This document shows, piece after piece, positions 24,944 through 39,658 of a stretch of 64,000 nt of DNA. The DNA comes from Eledone cirrhosa. Lineage: Eukaryota. The stretch spans positions 32,922,001 to 32,986,000 of the forward strand of contig OZ024743.1 of NCBI GenBank assembly GCA_964016885.1, read 5' to 3'. The notes under the pieces were generated by a model. That model made no database searches. It worked only from the letters and a program-made list of their open reading frames with translations, and was not told the DNA's origin. The translations under genes were made by a program, and so were the position numbers. How positions within the stretch are numbered: position 1 is the stretch's first letter; every line of letters starts with the position of its first letter.

Positions 24944-26689
24944 TTAACTATTATATTCCCCAAAATTGTTATGGTTAGCTCATTATCTAAGATTCCCTGA
25001 AACACTTTAAATTTTATTTGAATGTATGTACTCCATCACATATTTTCCTCAGAAACATTTCTATACATATAAATATGTAACATGTTAAGTTCTTATCACT
25101 CATCAATTCAAATGTTGAATTACATTTAGTTGTTTTATATATATCATACTGTCAGTCAATGAGAAGAGAACCATTTATATTAAGAGGTGACAGCTTACAC
25201 GTCCATCATTTCAAGGTTAAAAACTACTAAGCTGAGAGGTTAAGGAGGTTAGAGGGGTCTCCCCATCTCAAGATATGTATATCTTGATGTTTTAAACTCT
25301 TGCTCTAAGAATATATCATGTATTTTACTTGAATATACTGAATATCCAAATAATTTTGCGAATCTATTCATTAACCCTTAAATCTCCTGGTAACTTTAAA
25401 AATAGCAAATAACCATTGAACTAGGCTGTGAATGTTGTATATGTGTTAAATGAAATATTCATCACCTAAACTCTTTTGTTTTCTTTTTAATTTATTTATC
25501 ATGTTACAGATTAAATAATGATAAAACTTTTTTAGGCAACTCAAAAAACATGTAATTTACTAAGTTAAGAGATCGTTTGCTTTGTCATATAATTAAAAAT
25601 CATTACATTGTAATCATCTTTCGTTTATTGACCATAACAACTATTTGATATGCTGCATTACAAGTGCAAGTGAATGATTGTGTGTATATGTAAAGCACTA
25701 TCGACAAATTCTTTGTTGATAGCAATAATGTGAGTTCCCTAAATTAATATCTGTATTTCTGGCATTAGATATTGAGATGTTTGTTGATCTGTTCCCTGAA
25801 TCATTAGTCTCTTGAGTAGTAATATCTCTATTCAGTTTCTTGTAGCAATGTAATTATCATTTGAAATGAGGAATCCATGTTGTTTTACTGAAGATAGAAT
25901 GTCAGCACTTAAGATTAGCAGTATCTTATACAATTTTATTATCCAAGATACAATTCAGTACTATTATTTCCCACTTTATTGCTTTCAGTGTTTCAACAAC
26001 TGCTCAGCTACACTATTTTCCTTAACTACATTGTTAGGTTCCTCTAGATTAAAGAATTAGGCTGATGGGTAAGTTTAGTGAAGTTGATAATTTGATAATT
26101 TGATTTGTTACAAGATAGTTGATGTTCATTGTGAGATGTATGATGTGCTATGATATATAACGTTTTGAATTTTATTTGTCAGAAGACTTTTGTCTGAACT
26201 AAAGTAAAATGGTCCAGTGAAATAATACAGTTATTCTTAATTTGCTATTGATATACACTGAAACCTAGTTTAGATATGGCCATAGTGTTAGTTTGTATTC
26301 CTCAAAAGATTTTCTTCAAAGTTTAGATGTGTGTTTACAGAGTTGTTTGAAATATATAGTTCTTATATAGGTGTAGTCATTGCAATTCTGTGGCTTCAAG
26401 TTCGATCAAACTTCTTGGCACCTTGAGCAAGTGTCTTAACTTAGTAGGTTAGTTAATAAAATATGTACTTTAAAATATGTACTTTAAGTACATATCAGGG
26501 TTGTTGTAACAAAGCAGGAACTATTCAAGTTGTTTGAGGCAATCACAAAGCACTCAATGGTGCGAAAAGTTAATACATTATCGTCCAGAGTGAACACAAC
26601 AGTTAAAAAGCATAACACCAAGAAAAACGACCGAAGGCAGTGGCCATACATATATCACAAGAACGATAGATACAGAAACGTTATATATA

Positions 26690-26853
26690 TAATACATATG
26701 ATGGGCTTTCACTGTTACTGCTTACCAAATTCCACTCACAAAGCATTGGTTAATCAAAAGCTATAGTAGAAAACACTTGCCCAAGGTGCCATAGAACATT
26801 ACTGAACCTAGAACCAAATAGTTATAAGATGAATTCCTTAACCATACAGCCAT
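26690..26853 (-). mobile_element. SINE family C
   Basis: Reverse complement of the GGCTGTATGGTTAAG...GGCACCTTGGGCAAGTGTTTTCTACTATAGC head and body. Confidence 0.75.
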
Positions 26854-27947
26854 TCTTTCTGATATAAAATTAAAAGGGTCTTACTGCCATGACAGCAATT
26901 AAAGATTTTTTTTTTTTTTTTTTTTTCCCCTAAAACGTATAACTAAAATCTAATGTTTTCCCTGTAGTTTTAACTTTTGATAGAATTTTCTCATTCTTTG
27001 TTATTAACTGTTTGTGAACTAAATCTAAAAGCTTATTTCACTTATAATAATAAAGAAAATTCGAAAAAGTGAATTGTTATTCCATCATCAAATATTCAAC
27101 TTGAAAACACAAAAGTTTAATTTAAAATGCATGTATTTAATTAATGGCATTTTCCTCTTCGTTTATAAACAAGCTCAAAAAAGATATTGTCAGTTGCCTT
27201 GCCTTTTTTTATTTTTATACATTCCATTTACTGAATAATGAAGCAGCTGCTCTTATTAACACCAACTACTTCACAGAAATTATTTCTGAAGTATGATAAC
27301 TGAAACAAGTAAATTAATTGCCTAAGTTTTATAAGGTTATATTTTTATTTATTTATTTATTTATTTATTTTGTTAAACCACATAAAATAATAAAATGTGA
27401 TTCTTGGTCTTTTCAGGGCTTCTTAGACTATATGATTTAATATTCAGTTTAAACTGTTGAAAATAGTAATTTGAAATGAAACTTTGAAACTAAAGGAAGT
27501 GCTATAAAAAAAAACTATATAGCTATGTGATTGAACAACAGGATAACATATTCAACATAGGGCCAGATAGATAAGTAGAGCATGAAAGCAACATATGTTG
27601 TTGCATCAATAATTTTTATAATGATATGTATAGATTGAATTTGTTCAATGGATCAGAACCTATTTTAGTTACCATGAAAGAGACAATGGGAGAGTACAAC
27701 TAGATTATATATAAAAAAAGTAAGATATTCCAGATATTTAAATTTTACAATATGATGTTGCTAAAATACAAACATAAAACTGAATAACAGAGTGAAAGTA
27801 CAAATTTGATATATTCCCCCCCCCCCCTGCTCCCCGCACGTCATGACTCATACACTATTTACTTTCCTGACATTTATACATTATTCTATGGACTATACGT
27901 GCACCTGAGCACTGTACACAATTATTTTCATTATTATTATTATCATC

Positions 27948-28135
27948 GGGTGGCAAATTGGCAGTATCAGTGAGGATTGGACGCCATGCTTTGATGCATA
28001 GAGTTACGGCCCTTGCCATTCTGAGTTCAAATCCCGACGAGGTTAACTTTGCCTTTCATCCTTACGGGGTCGATAAAATAAAGTACCAGTAATGCACTGG
28101 GATAATTGCTAGCCTTGTACCAATAGTAGAAACAA
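27948..28135 (+). mobile_element. tRNA-derived SINE family B (Nin/Deu-like domain)
   Basis: B box GAGTTCAAATCC, body GCCTTTCATCCTTACGGGGTCGATAAAATAAAGTACCAG, (ATT)n flanks. Confidence 0.85.
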
Positions 28136-28327
28136 TTATTATTATTATCATAATCAATATCACAGGTAATGTAATTATTTAGAAAAAAGAAATGCTGATG
28201 ATGCTCAGTTTCAATTTTTAAAAGGTTATATTTAGAAAGATATCTATACTTCTATTATTAGTTTCAGTCCTTAGGCTTTGGCCATGCTAGGACAAAATCC
28301 TAAAATACTCTGATCTGTTGGCCAACT

Positions 28328-28700
28328 ACATTTTTCCGCCTGTGGCGTTCAAGACGTTTGGGGTAGTTGGGCTGCTGACTGCGAGATTTCTATCTTCACT
28401 GGTGGCTTGCCTAAAGTGATAACTGGTGAATCTCATGAGGGCGCTTGGTTGTTCCAATGCATCAGCCTGGCCATCACCCGAGGTAACGCTGTGAACATGC
28501 TGGCTTACCTCAAAAATCATTAGAAAGGTTTCCCAGGGCTCCTCGCGATACTGTCATCTTTTACTCTGGTAGTGGCTTGGTTGTCCACCCCTTTATATTA
28601 TATTCGTTTGTGCTTTCATTCTGTAAGCATTGTATTATTATATTTCTATTTCTTTATAATGTTATTATTGTATATATATTTTTTTTGTAATTGAATAAAG
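28328..28700 (+). mobile_element. CRE-like RLE C-terminal fragment with putative 3' UTR
   Basis: Reads IFPPVAFKTFGVVG...ITGESHEGAWLFQCISLAITRGNAVNML with a frameshift; AATAAA near 28694. Confidence 0.7.
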
Positions 28701-28734
28701 AAGAGTTTATAGCAAAGAAAAACATATTGACTTA

Positions 28735-29010
28735 AGTACTTATTTTTTCAAGTCTGGTATTTATTCTATAAACCTCTTTTTGTTGAACTGCTAAGTTACA
28801 AGATATGAACAGGGACCCCGATAGAAATATAAACACACACACACACATGTATATACTATGAGCTTCTCTAGTTTTCATCTACCAGATTTCACTTGCAAGT
28901 CATTTGTGAACCTGATACTATATTAGAAGACACTTGTCTCACAGTTGGAGTGAATCTGAAACCACTTGGTTGTGAAAGGAACTCATTAACCACACAGCCA
29001 TGCCTGCACC
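28735..29010 (-). mobile_element. SINE family C
   Basis: TTAACCACACAGCCATGCCTGCACCT head (reverse), AGAAGACACTTG, CTACCAGATTTCAC. Confidence 0.75.
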
Positions 29011-30270
29011 TATAATATCTTACTTTATTAATTATTGACATTAATTTAGACAATGGTGTCACTATGGGTTACTTATTCATATTGCAGTATGAAAACATAT
29101 TAAGTACATGTTGTACATTGTCAACAGAATGTAATTTTGTTGCTGTAAAGTATACAAGATCAGATCAGAGGAAAAATTATCTGTATGTGAGAAAATATCC
29201 AAGATTGATCCACACATTTATGGCTGGCAATGGTATTATAATTTGACTTACACAGCATGAGATGAGTGGCCTATTGGGTTTGATAATGGCTTTCAGTTAG
29301 CCAGACATAATGTAGATTAACTTGTAGCTATAAAAGAATTAGCTGAAAACTTAATTCAGCTTCCTAGTTCATTAACACTTGAAACTGTCTCTCGTGTTAT
29401 AAAAGCTGTTTATTTTAAAGTGTTTATGCTTATCTAAAAACCTATTATGATTTTATGTAAGAACCTTTGTTATATTATATTATATTTTGAACACTAGCTA
29501 AATAATGAAAAATGTAGTTATATAATCAAATTCTTGAGTATTTTCAAAGTTGTGGATTAAATCACATGTTTTATTATTTATCTTTGATACTATCCCAGAT
29601 TCTTGAAGGCATTTGTTTTATTTTTTTTATAGTGAGATAAGGTTGCTAAAATATTAATAGATCAATGTAATAATCATTATTACATGTAATGAATTGTTAT
29701 AATGTATTTCTGCATCTTCATATCACCTAGCCTTGTTCTGAAAACCCTTAAGAGGTATGTAATTAAAGATTTTATGTATATAACAGAAGATTTGACACCT
29801 GATAGTATTTTAACAAAATATTTTTTCTAACATTTGCACATGACCAGCAAAATGTCGAGTATATCAACCTCAGTACTTGACTGGTACTTTATTTTATTGA
29901 CTTCAGAAGGATGAATGGTAAAGTTGATCATTGCAGGATTTGAACTCATACTGTAAGGATTTAGAACAAATATTGCTAACTGTAATGACTGTGCTAATAC
30001 ACCACCATAATTGCAAGTTAATATAACAGTATTTATGCATTTTTACTCACTAATATGACTTTACCATGATAAAGCTGTTGAACATATTATTTTCCATATT
30101 TTTCTACTCTTCTTCCAGAAAATTAATCAGTTTTAGGAGTTAAGAAATATGCTTTCTAAGTGCCTAAACACCAACATTTGTGCATGTATTACACCAAAAT
30201 AATTCAAATTTTAGAGTTTATATAAGCCTTCCATTTGTCATGATGTGAGTAATAATAGAAGGAATATAAT

Positions 30271-30459
30271 TGTTTCTACTTTTGGCACAAGGCCAGCAAT
30301 TATCCCAGTGTATTACTGGTACTTTATTTTATCGACCCCGTAAGGATGAAAGGCAAAGTTAACCTCGGTGGGATTTGAACTCAAACCGTAAAGGGCCGTA
30401 ACTCTTTGCTGCAACGCACGGCGTCCAACCCTCTATCAATACTGCCAATCCACCGCCCT
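30271..30459 (-). mobile_element. SINE family B with 15-bp TSD
   Basis: TSD TAGAAGGAATATAAT at 30256-30270 and 30460-30474. Confidence 0.92.
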
Positions 30460-30680
30460 TAGAAGGAATATAATATATTTCAATATGTGTTTAATTTTAT
30501 CGTTCTAAATTTTTATAAAAATCACTTCACTTACTGATTATTTTATCAGGTCTTTAGTTTTCAACAATAGAAATATTTAAGGTAAGTTACCTTAAAAACA
30601 AAACAATGACTATCTTAGTATTAATTAGCCTTACAAACCAGAAATATGGTATATAATTTTGAATTTAAGGTTAATATAAT

Positions 30681-30858
30681 TGTTTCTACTTTTGGCACAA
30701 GGCCAGCAATTATCCCAGTGCATTAGTGGTACTTTATTTTATCAACCCCGTAAGGATGAAAGGCAAAGTTAACCTCAGCTGGACTTGAACTCAGACCATA
30801 AAGGTCTATGCTACAAAGCACGGCATCCAACCCTCTTGATACTGACAATCTACTGCCA
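30681..30858 (-). mobile_element. SINE family B with 15-bp TSD
   Basis: TSD TAAGGTTAATATAAT at 30666-30680 and 30859-30873. Confidence 0.92.
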
Positions 30859-30879
30859 TAAGGTTAATATAATAGCAGC

Positions 30880-31735
30880 TACAAAGGCATAAAATTCATG
30901 GACCAAGTTATGAAAGCAACAGGAAGAATTATTATAGCACAAAGAATTAGATGAAATGAGATGCAGAGTGGGTTTGTGCCTTGACAGAATACCACCAATA
31001 ACCTCTTCTGAGAGAGGCAACTACCATAGTTCTACCATAGTTAAGAATAACCATTATGCATAGCATTCTTTGGTTGAGTGCTATGTTCTATAAGCCGATG
31101 TTCTTTAAGAAAACCAGGTGTAGATGAATGGCTTGAAGGAATTGTGCAAGCCATGTACAAAGGTGCTTAGTAGTTAGCAACAGTAAGAGTTCCCATTAAA
31201 TATATTCTTTCAAATGGTTGCAAGGCTCTCTTGAAGTAGTTAATAGCTTCTGCTACCTAGGTAACTTAATTTACAATAGAGGCAGGTGTTCTGAAATCAT
31301 AGCAGCCAGAATAAAACTCAGGTGGAGAAAGTTTAAGTAACTATTACCTCCATTAGTAACTTGAGGATTATCTCTCCAAGTGAAGAGCTGTATAATGCTG
31401 TTTTACAAAGTATGATGTTGCACAATAGAAAAATACAGACATTGAATGCAGGGGATGAGCAAAGGTTGGAAATACATGAAATAAACATGACTTGGTTTAA
31501 GGAGAATGAGATGCAGCTCGCAACAGAGAAGACTCTGCTGGTATGGACGTGTGAGGCATATGGAAGATAACATTTGGGTAAAGAAGTTCTAGGTGATTCA
31601 ATTAAAAAAATTCGCAGAAATGGGAGGTATAGGAAAGAGTGGTGAAAGCTCATATGAAGAGGCTGAACTTAACAAAGATGACAGGAAACTGCAACCAATA
31701 CAAGCATGGAATAGCAGATGTAAAATGATAGTGTT
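30880..31735 (+). mobile_element. Decayed, internally deleted RTE family-1-like RT
   Basis: KGIKFMDQVMKA...LDEM/MQ.GFVP, GVDEWL..IVQAMYK, FCYLG and W.KF remnants. Confidence 0.7.
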
Positions 31736-33967
31736 GGTGGTAGTGGCTACACTGGTGGTGGTGGTGATTCTATTAAATTTACATATTTGAAAACAGGTGT
31801 ATTTATACTCTGCTATATATATCATAGGAAATTTGTAAAATGAATAACTCTTTGTAGATATTATTTCTGCTCTTGTTGGAACCATTTTTATTAAGTGCAA
31901 CTATCACAGGAGTTGAGAATCTGTTGAATTATTTAGCTCTCATATTTATAGAACAGAAATATGGAATAGAGATATTTTGTATAAAGAAGAAATAGTATAA
32001 ACAGATATAATTAAATTAGTGAATATATTTTTTATAACATTTAAAAGAGGTTTTCAAATGTTATAGTAAAATTATTTACTAATTTAATTACATTCGTTGA
32101 TAACATTTTTTAAAATATAATTTATCATTATTCAATATCCATATTCCGTATCAGGTTTTCATCAATATGTTTCTGACTTAGAATAAATACATCATATTCT
32201 TGCATGTGGTGAAAGGGTTAGTGCTAAAAAGGACCACATGATAAGTATGAAGCTTTCCATTGGCTCCACAAGGCTAGCCCTTGCTTTAACAGAGAATGTA
32301 ACCTTAAAACATTTGTTGTGTTATCAATTTAGCTAAAACTGGTTTTCAAAATCCTATTATTCAGATTAGTTATGTCTATATTGATAATTCATCATCACTG
32401 TTTGTCTATTTTCTATGCTTGTGTGGGTTAGACAGCTGTCACATGCTGAGGTCAGACTTGTCAGCTGTCTAGATCCTGCTCATATGCTTTGATTTGGTTT
32501 GGTATCTACTGTTGGATGCCCTTCCTAATGCCAACCACTTTATAGCATTACTAGGAGCATAGTTTCTACAACTGGATGCTCTTCCTAACACGAGTCGCTT
32601 TACAGTTGGCACTGGGAACATTTTCTCATGTCTCTGACATTACCACCTTACAGAGTGGACTGGGTTCTTGGGGCATATTCCAGGCTTTTCTGGTTTGGGA
32701 AAGTGTTGGGGTGCAAGGAAGGTGAATCAATCAAGGTTCTTCCTAAATTTCCATGCTAGCATGGGTTGGGATGAAGTAGTCAAGGGCATAGTGGCAGTTT
32801 ATTTCTTCTAAATCTGTGATTTTAAGTTTTCTTATAAAATTGAAATATATCAAAGATAACATTCCAACTGCTGCTTTATCTTGTGAACTTTCAGTTTGTT
32901 TAACTAGCAGTTGGCATAACAATACTAATATCTCTACCAACTGATTCATCTGCCAAACAAATCACAAACTTCATTGTTATATTTCTGTTTGTGTGTTTGT
33001 TTTCTATTTTCTAATTCAAAATAACTCATATTACAACCCAACAGAGGATTTCTCTTCCTCTTTCTTCTAGTAAAAACCTTGCAATAGATTTCTCTTATGT
33101 TCTGATGAAAATAAATGTATTCAATACAGATGTCACTAGTTTTAACTCTAAGGAATTCCCTCACATTAAGTACATTTTCTCTTTTCCAAATATTAGACCA
33201 AAGAAAAGAAAAGAAAAATAAGTTCCATATATTATGACAATAAATCAATTATTTTATTTTAATCTTCATTTTGACTACTTTTAACTTACAAACATTTACT
33301 TACAATACATATTGTTCCTAGTTTGCTTTTTTCAAACTTCTTTAGTTACTAAATCTTTAGTTCTCTTAAAGGGATTCATTTCTATATAATAATCAATAGA
33401 TGAAATAAATTTTTTCCAGTAATTCTATGTTAAAGGCTATAAATATACACATTCTATATCTTGATAATAAGCAGACAGAATGTCAATAGAATGCCATTTC
33501 TAGAATATTTTGTCAAGCTCAACAGCCTTAACTGTAATGATGTTCAACCACATCTCAGATATTAAATCAAAATTAATATTTTATGCATGTACTGCTGCAC
33601 ATACGAAAGAAAGAATCAATAATTTATGGTTCCATGAAGAAATTGATTCAAATACAGTTTATGAAAAGTTAAAATTTATAAGTAGTCATTGATTTTATAT
33701 TTTTACTGCTCTTTGCTTATGACATGTAACTAACTAATTAACTTTTGATAACCCCAAAAGTCTAGAATATAAAAATATATATGGCAGATATCTGCATAAA
33801 ACTCCTGATAGAATATTAAGTTTCAGGTGATATTCTACAGCTAGATCTGTTACTATATTATATTTCTTAAAGAGTATTAAGGATTTCTATATTTAGAAAT
33901 AGTATTCTTCTTTAATCTCTTTGCAAGAATATTTGAATTATCTATTTTCCTTTGAAAGTTTTGTTAA

Positions 33968-34208
33968 CCCTTTCATTACCATATTTCTAATGAAATACAC
34001 TGTATTTGAATTAATTAATGAGGAATTTGTATGTATTGACTAAATTTATTAATTATATCATTATTATTAAGATAATATTTGTAACAATTTAACAAAAGTT
34101 TCTTATATCAAATTGTGTTGGAAGATTTTAATTTAAATGGGAACCCTTTAAAATGGATTGTATTGTTTCATAGAACTAGAGGCAGTTTTGGGTGGGTTGC
34201 TATCGAAA
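33968..34208. mobile_element. piggyBac-type MITE family 2; related copies near 13804-13930, 36540-36770 (reverse), 40035-40293 and 57669-57880
   Basis: Left end TTAACCCTTTCATTACCATATTTCTAATGAAA shared between copies; the 40035 and 57669 copies end in AAAGGGTTAA or AGAGGTTAA. Confidence 0.65.
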
Positions 34209-35344
34209 CTACTACATTTTTTCATTAATTAAGAAACAATAACAAGTGTTTTGAGGCCATTATCCTAGCTAAAGTAGGGGTTAGCCTTTGAGGCCCAGTA
34301 ACAAATTTGTTTCCATTTTGTATCGCCCCTTACCAACTCCCTGGTTTTTATTTCCTCCTCCATCATTTATACCTGTGTATTTCTTGGTCTTCCCCTTCCT
34401 CTCCTTCCTTGACATTCATCTCCTTCACTCTGCTCACTCAGCCACTTTCATCATTTCTCAGCACATGACCCATATCTCTTCTCAGTAGTCCTACTGAAAA
34501 TATTGGATATTTCTTCTCCATATAGGACGCCTTATTATTTAATTTCTACTGATTCATTTGTCGTTCTCATTGTCTGTGAGCTTTCCCTTTTTTTATTATT
34601 TTAGTCAGGGAGAAAACATTAATGCTCATGACCATTTCCAGGGCCTCCATGACTAGTGGGTAAGAGGAAAGAATGTATCCTCAAACTGGAGACCTGGTCT
34701 GAATGCTTGCAGCAAACTGAACTCCACTAAAGGTATCCCAGAACCAGGTGGTAGAGCTAAACCAAGTGATAGATTATGTCTACCATCCAATTTAATTTTA
34801 CTTGTCCCAAAATAGCATATGATGTCATGTAAGTTGGTCAAGTTTGTACTATTTTGAAAATAAGCTTTCACTAAAAAAAGTTTGTTTACAAAATCTCTTA
34901 AATGTTATCCTCTGTTCTTCAATATCTTAATATGAGTGCTAATGAACTGCAATTCCATCCACTGATCTTATTCTGATACTGAATAAGTTATGATCTCAGC
35001 TTAAAATACTAATAGTGGGACTAAGCATATGTTTATCATACAGTAGCATATTGTATAGAGTTTCATATGCCACTTTATACTATAGTCAATACAAACCACA
35101 ATACTCTAAATCCTGATATGATCTTGAAACCTGATAAATTTTTAATATTCTATGGACATGACATAACAGATTAGAGTAGTTTAATATGACTATTTATTAA
35201 CATATACATATCCATTTCTTATAAACTTATAATTATTATACAATCCAGCTACTAGAAGTTAGTATTATTACAGCCATCAATTTGAAGTTCATAATTTATA
35301 TTTCATCACAAATATTCTTAATTTATTTAATATATATTCATTTA

Positions 35345-35856
35345 TTCATTCACTAGTTTTAGTCATTAGAATAAGGCCATGCTGGGTCACTACTTTGAAT
35401 GGATTGAGTTGATCATATCAACCTCAGTACTTAATTCTGCTGCTTATTTTGTCAATCTCTTTTTGTCAAACTGCTCAATTACAGAAGAAAAACACAGAAT
35501 GTATAAACATGAACACACACACACACATATGCACACACACACAGACACACAGACACAGACACACACACGCACATATATATATATATATATCATCACTGTT
35601 TAATATTTATTTTCCATGCTTGCATGGGTAGATGAGTTGTCACATTATCAGAGAAGTCATATCAAGTGACCATGTCTTGCTCATACAGAACTGTTTCAGT
35701 TGGACTTCTGTATAGTTTCTGGCTACTAAACTTCACTTACAAAGGATTAGTCAACCTGTGTCTATAGAAGACATTTGCTCAAGATGCCATGCAATGAAAC
35801 TGAACCTAAAACTGCATATTTGTGGAGCAAACTTCTTAACCACACAGCCATGCCTG
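35345..35856 (-). mobile_element. SINE family C interrupted by (CA)/(TA) and an RTE tail fragment
   Basis: Head TTAACCACACAGCCATGCCT; tail GGCCATGCTGGG..CACTACTTTGAA. Confidence 0.65.
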
Positions 35857-37309
35857 AATTTTGAATACATTGTTGCAACTAGAAACTTTTAGGATTTTAA
35901 TCCAAATTGCATATCTATAATTTTAGAAAATATCAGTAACCATAAAACTTCCACTTTATAATATATGATTTTGTTCAAAAGATTATGTAATCAGTATTTT
36001 ATCCTAACAATATAATTGTTAATGAATCATGAAGATTTTAAACTAGCTAATATAGCAGTCAACTTTATGATGAAACAAATACCTATATTAAGGTCACTTA
36101 TTCTAAGATCTATGTACAATGAGGATATATGCAAAAGATGGTATGGCAAACAGTCGTTTTAAGGATATTTTCCTCACTAAAGCAAGGTTTAGCCTTGCAG
36201 GCCTCTTGAAATTGAGTCTTTTTGAGGCCAGGTTTTACAGCCAGATGTTCTTCCTAGTGCCAACCATTTTAGATGCTTTGTATGACATAAAAGGAGAGAG
36301 GATACCTACTCTAAACCAGATATACATAGTAGCTCAAAGGAAATGGTATTGCAAACAAAATAAATTAGTCAAAGAAAATGACTGATAATGTGCCACACCA
36401 ACTTGCTTAAAAAAATTCACAATGAGATGTTACCCATACTTGAGATGATTGTATTTACTTTACATGTCAGACAAACTTTTGTGGCTTTTATTGAACAAAT
36501 GAAATGATCTTGGCTAAAATATCAGCTAAATTATATTAACCATTTTGATTCTAAACCACCTAAAACTGTCACTGGTTTTGTAATTCAAAGCCATTTATTT
36601 AAAAGTGTTTGTATTTATTTAAAAACGTTAATCATAATTTTTATTTTAAAAAAAGACAGCTTAGACACCAACTTTAAATGATAAAATCATTTATTTTACT
36701 TAAAGCATCCCTGAATTCTTGATTAGTTTCAAAATGAATTGAAAATTATGGAAAGTGTCTTACATTTGAAATATGTTAATGAAATTATTAATGAAATAAG
36801 TACTTAAGATGTAAAATTACTGGCATAGTATTGAACTATCTTTCACATCCTTAATTGATTCAAACTTATATTGTTGTGTTTCAATGCTATCAGTGCTTGT
36901 CACATAACTTGACTACCAATAAATCAGATAATGCATACCTATAAGTTAAATGAATGGTTGTAAATTAAATTATAATTAGAATATTTAATTTCAGATTATC
37001 TATTAAGACTTTAGTAGTTACTTCCATGTAAATGGCAGTTAGAAGCAAAGCTATCAGCAATTATTAACAAATATACTTTGTACAGTTGTAACAATGTTCA
37101 ATGCAGACAGGTAGCCCTTTTAAGTGTATAAAATACCTCCTTCAGCTACGAATAACCATAGGATTTGCACCTAGAAAGTTCCCTCTCCAAGGAACATGTA
37201 CAGCTAAGATGTTTTTGTTGAAGATCAGCAGTCACCCATGCATGCTAGTGTCTCCTCTCCACATCATTGATGTTGTCCAAGAGAAAGGCAAACACTGATA
37301 CAGATTGAC

Positions 37310-37449
37310 ACCAGTGATGTCACAACTCATTTCTACAGCTGAGTAAATTGGAGCAACACAAAGACACAACACATCTCTTAGTCTGGGAAACAAACTCACA
37401 ACCTCATGAATACAAGCCCAATGCTCTAACCAATAAGCCATGTGCCTTC
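37310..37449 (-). mobile_element. SINE family-A-like head
   Basis: CTCATTTCTACAGCTGAGTAAATTGGAGCAAC...AATGCTCTAACCAATAAGCCATGTGCCTTC. Confidence 0.75.
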
Positions 37450-39476
37450 TCTGAGTGTATTAAACAGGGTATCAAAGCAATGAAATCAAACTTGGCTTTA
37501 TAACATGCAGAGCATATTTTTCCATTTTTCTTTCATATCCTCAGCAATATCTCTAAATATGAATAAGAATGTTTTACTAAACTTCTTAAGAATTGAAATG
37601 GAATTAATTCTGACAAACTAGTGTGTTTATGTGAATCAATATGTGTGAAAGTTTATCTTGGACAATGTTACCACAGAGATCTAAATCCATTCTAGATTCA
37701 ACCATTCCAAAGTCCCAGTCACCTCTGCAGTAATATAAAATGGGAAAAACCTGAAACTTCCAAGTATGAGACAGTTGAGGAGAAATAAATCAAAATGATA
37801 AAATAAAACATTGTAATTTTCTGATCTAGAATATAACAATTATCTTTCTTTAATCTCTCTGTAAAACTCTCACCCTTTCTTGCTTTATTTCTCCCCTCTC
37901 TTCAACTATTCTGTTCTACCTCTGTCTCACATTGTCTGTTTGTCCCTCTCTCATACACATACAATTCTCTCTAATGTCTTTGTTTGATATGTTTTATATA
38001 TGTGTGTGCGTGTATAACTTGATATATATGTTATAGGTTGTGTTTGTAGTTGTGAAGACAACTTTTGATTTTGTCATGACTTGCTTCATAGGTTTCCATT
38101 TCAAGTAAAAAGGAAATAATACTTGACCTGGGTATATTTTTATCATTCAGTGCATGCATTTAGCTCTTATTGGTAAAGTTGTCTCTTAGCTAAAGTTTCT
38201 CAAAAAAGAAAAAATGGCTACACTATGCAACATTTTTCTACTTCAACATTTCAAGGAACAGTACCCCTCTCCTTATATATGAGGCAAGCTGTAGGCACTT
38301 TTGTGTTCCTTATATGATATATTTGGAGAGAATTATTTAGAACCACTTGTGCTTGAAGCATATATTTTGTTTTGTTTTGACCATATGCATCTCTCATGCC
38401 CATAAAGGAAAACAAAAATCATAAATAACTTCTATATTTTAAACATCACTGGAAAACTAATGGCCCTGTATTTCTAAATGGTGTTCCATATTTTTATAGT
38501 AAATGGGATCTGACTGTATATTGTTAAGCATTCATCCTTGTACAAAGTGGACCTGATGCATTTGCAGCTCTCTGCTTTTTCGAATTATTATCCATTCACC
38601 ATGATATTGGTTACTTTTTGTACATTTTGGATACTTACTAAACTTTTTCTGTTTTAGTTGATCTCTACTTTTCAAAACTTCTTGATGCTTTGTCTCAAAA
38701 TGTGTGTGAAATTCTAAATTTCTGCTTTACTGCAGATATAAATTCTATATTGTTAGAAAAATATAAATTGTAAAGAGTTGAACCTTCAGTGGACTATTCA
38801 AAGGATGTTGAAAACACTAGTGAAAAGACATTTCTGATATTCTTTAACATTAGCTTTTTATAAAGTTAAATCAGTTTGTTTTGTTTGAATCTATGTAAAT
38901 CACTTCAATAAGTTCACTCTGTACAGTTTGTCAATTAAACAGATTTAAAAAAATGCAATTTACCTTTAAAGTGAGTAATAAATTGATAAATTCTGCTCAA
39001 TGATGTTAGTGAATCTTATATTACTGAATAATTGTGCATATATTTATATAGGCATGCAAATTTATTTCATTTTGTAGATAAATTCTTGTATGTTATACTA
39101 TTTTATCTTTATGATGCACCTGTTTTATATGCACTCAAGTTCAATTACAAATTGAATAATGTATGCACTTTTTTCTTTATTGCAAGTATATTATATAACC
39201 CAGTTGAATATTGCCTAATAACTCATTACATATAGTGATTTAAATGATTTCATTTTTCACTGAATTCATCACTATTTTTTTGTAATTAGAATACTTTTGA
39301 GACAGAAATTCCTACACAGGATATGTATAAGCATAATGTGTGCATACATACCAATATACAAAATAATTACTTGATTCATGAAACTAATCTTAGTTTGTCT
39401 TTTGTTTTTATTTGAAATGCATAGATGTGTCTTTCAGTTAAAAGTATAGTAGCAAAAGCTTTATAAGTTAATGAAT

Positions 39477-39658
39477 GTTTCTACTTTAGGCACAAGGCCA
39501 GCAATTACCCAGTGTATTACTGGTACTTTATTTTATCGACCCCGTAAGGATGAAAGGCAAAGTCAACCTCGGTGAGATTTGAACTCAGATCGTAAAGGGA
39601 CGTAACTATGCTGGAAAGCATGGCGTCCGACCCTCTACCGATACTGCCAATCCACCGC
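39477..39658 (-). mobile_element. SINE family B with 17-bp TSD
   Basis: TSD TTTATAAGTTAATGAAT at 39460-39476 and 39659-39675. Confidence 0.92.
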
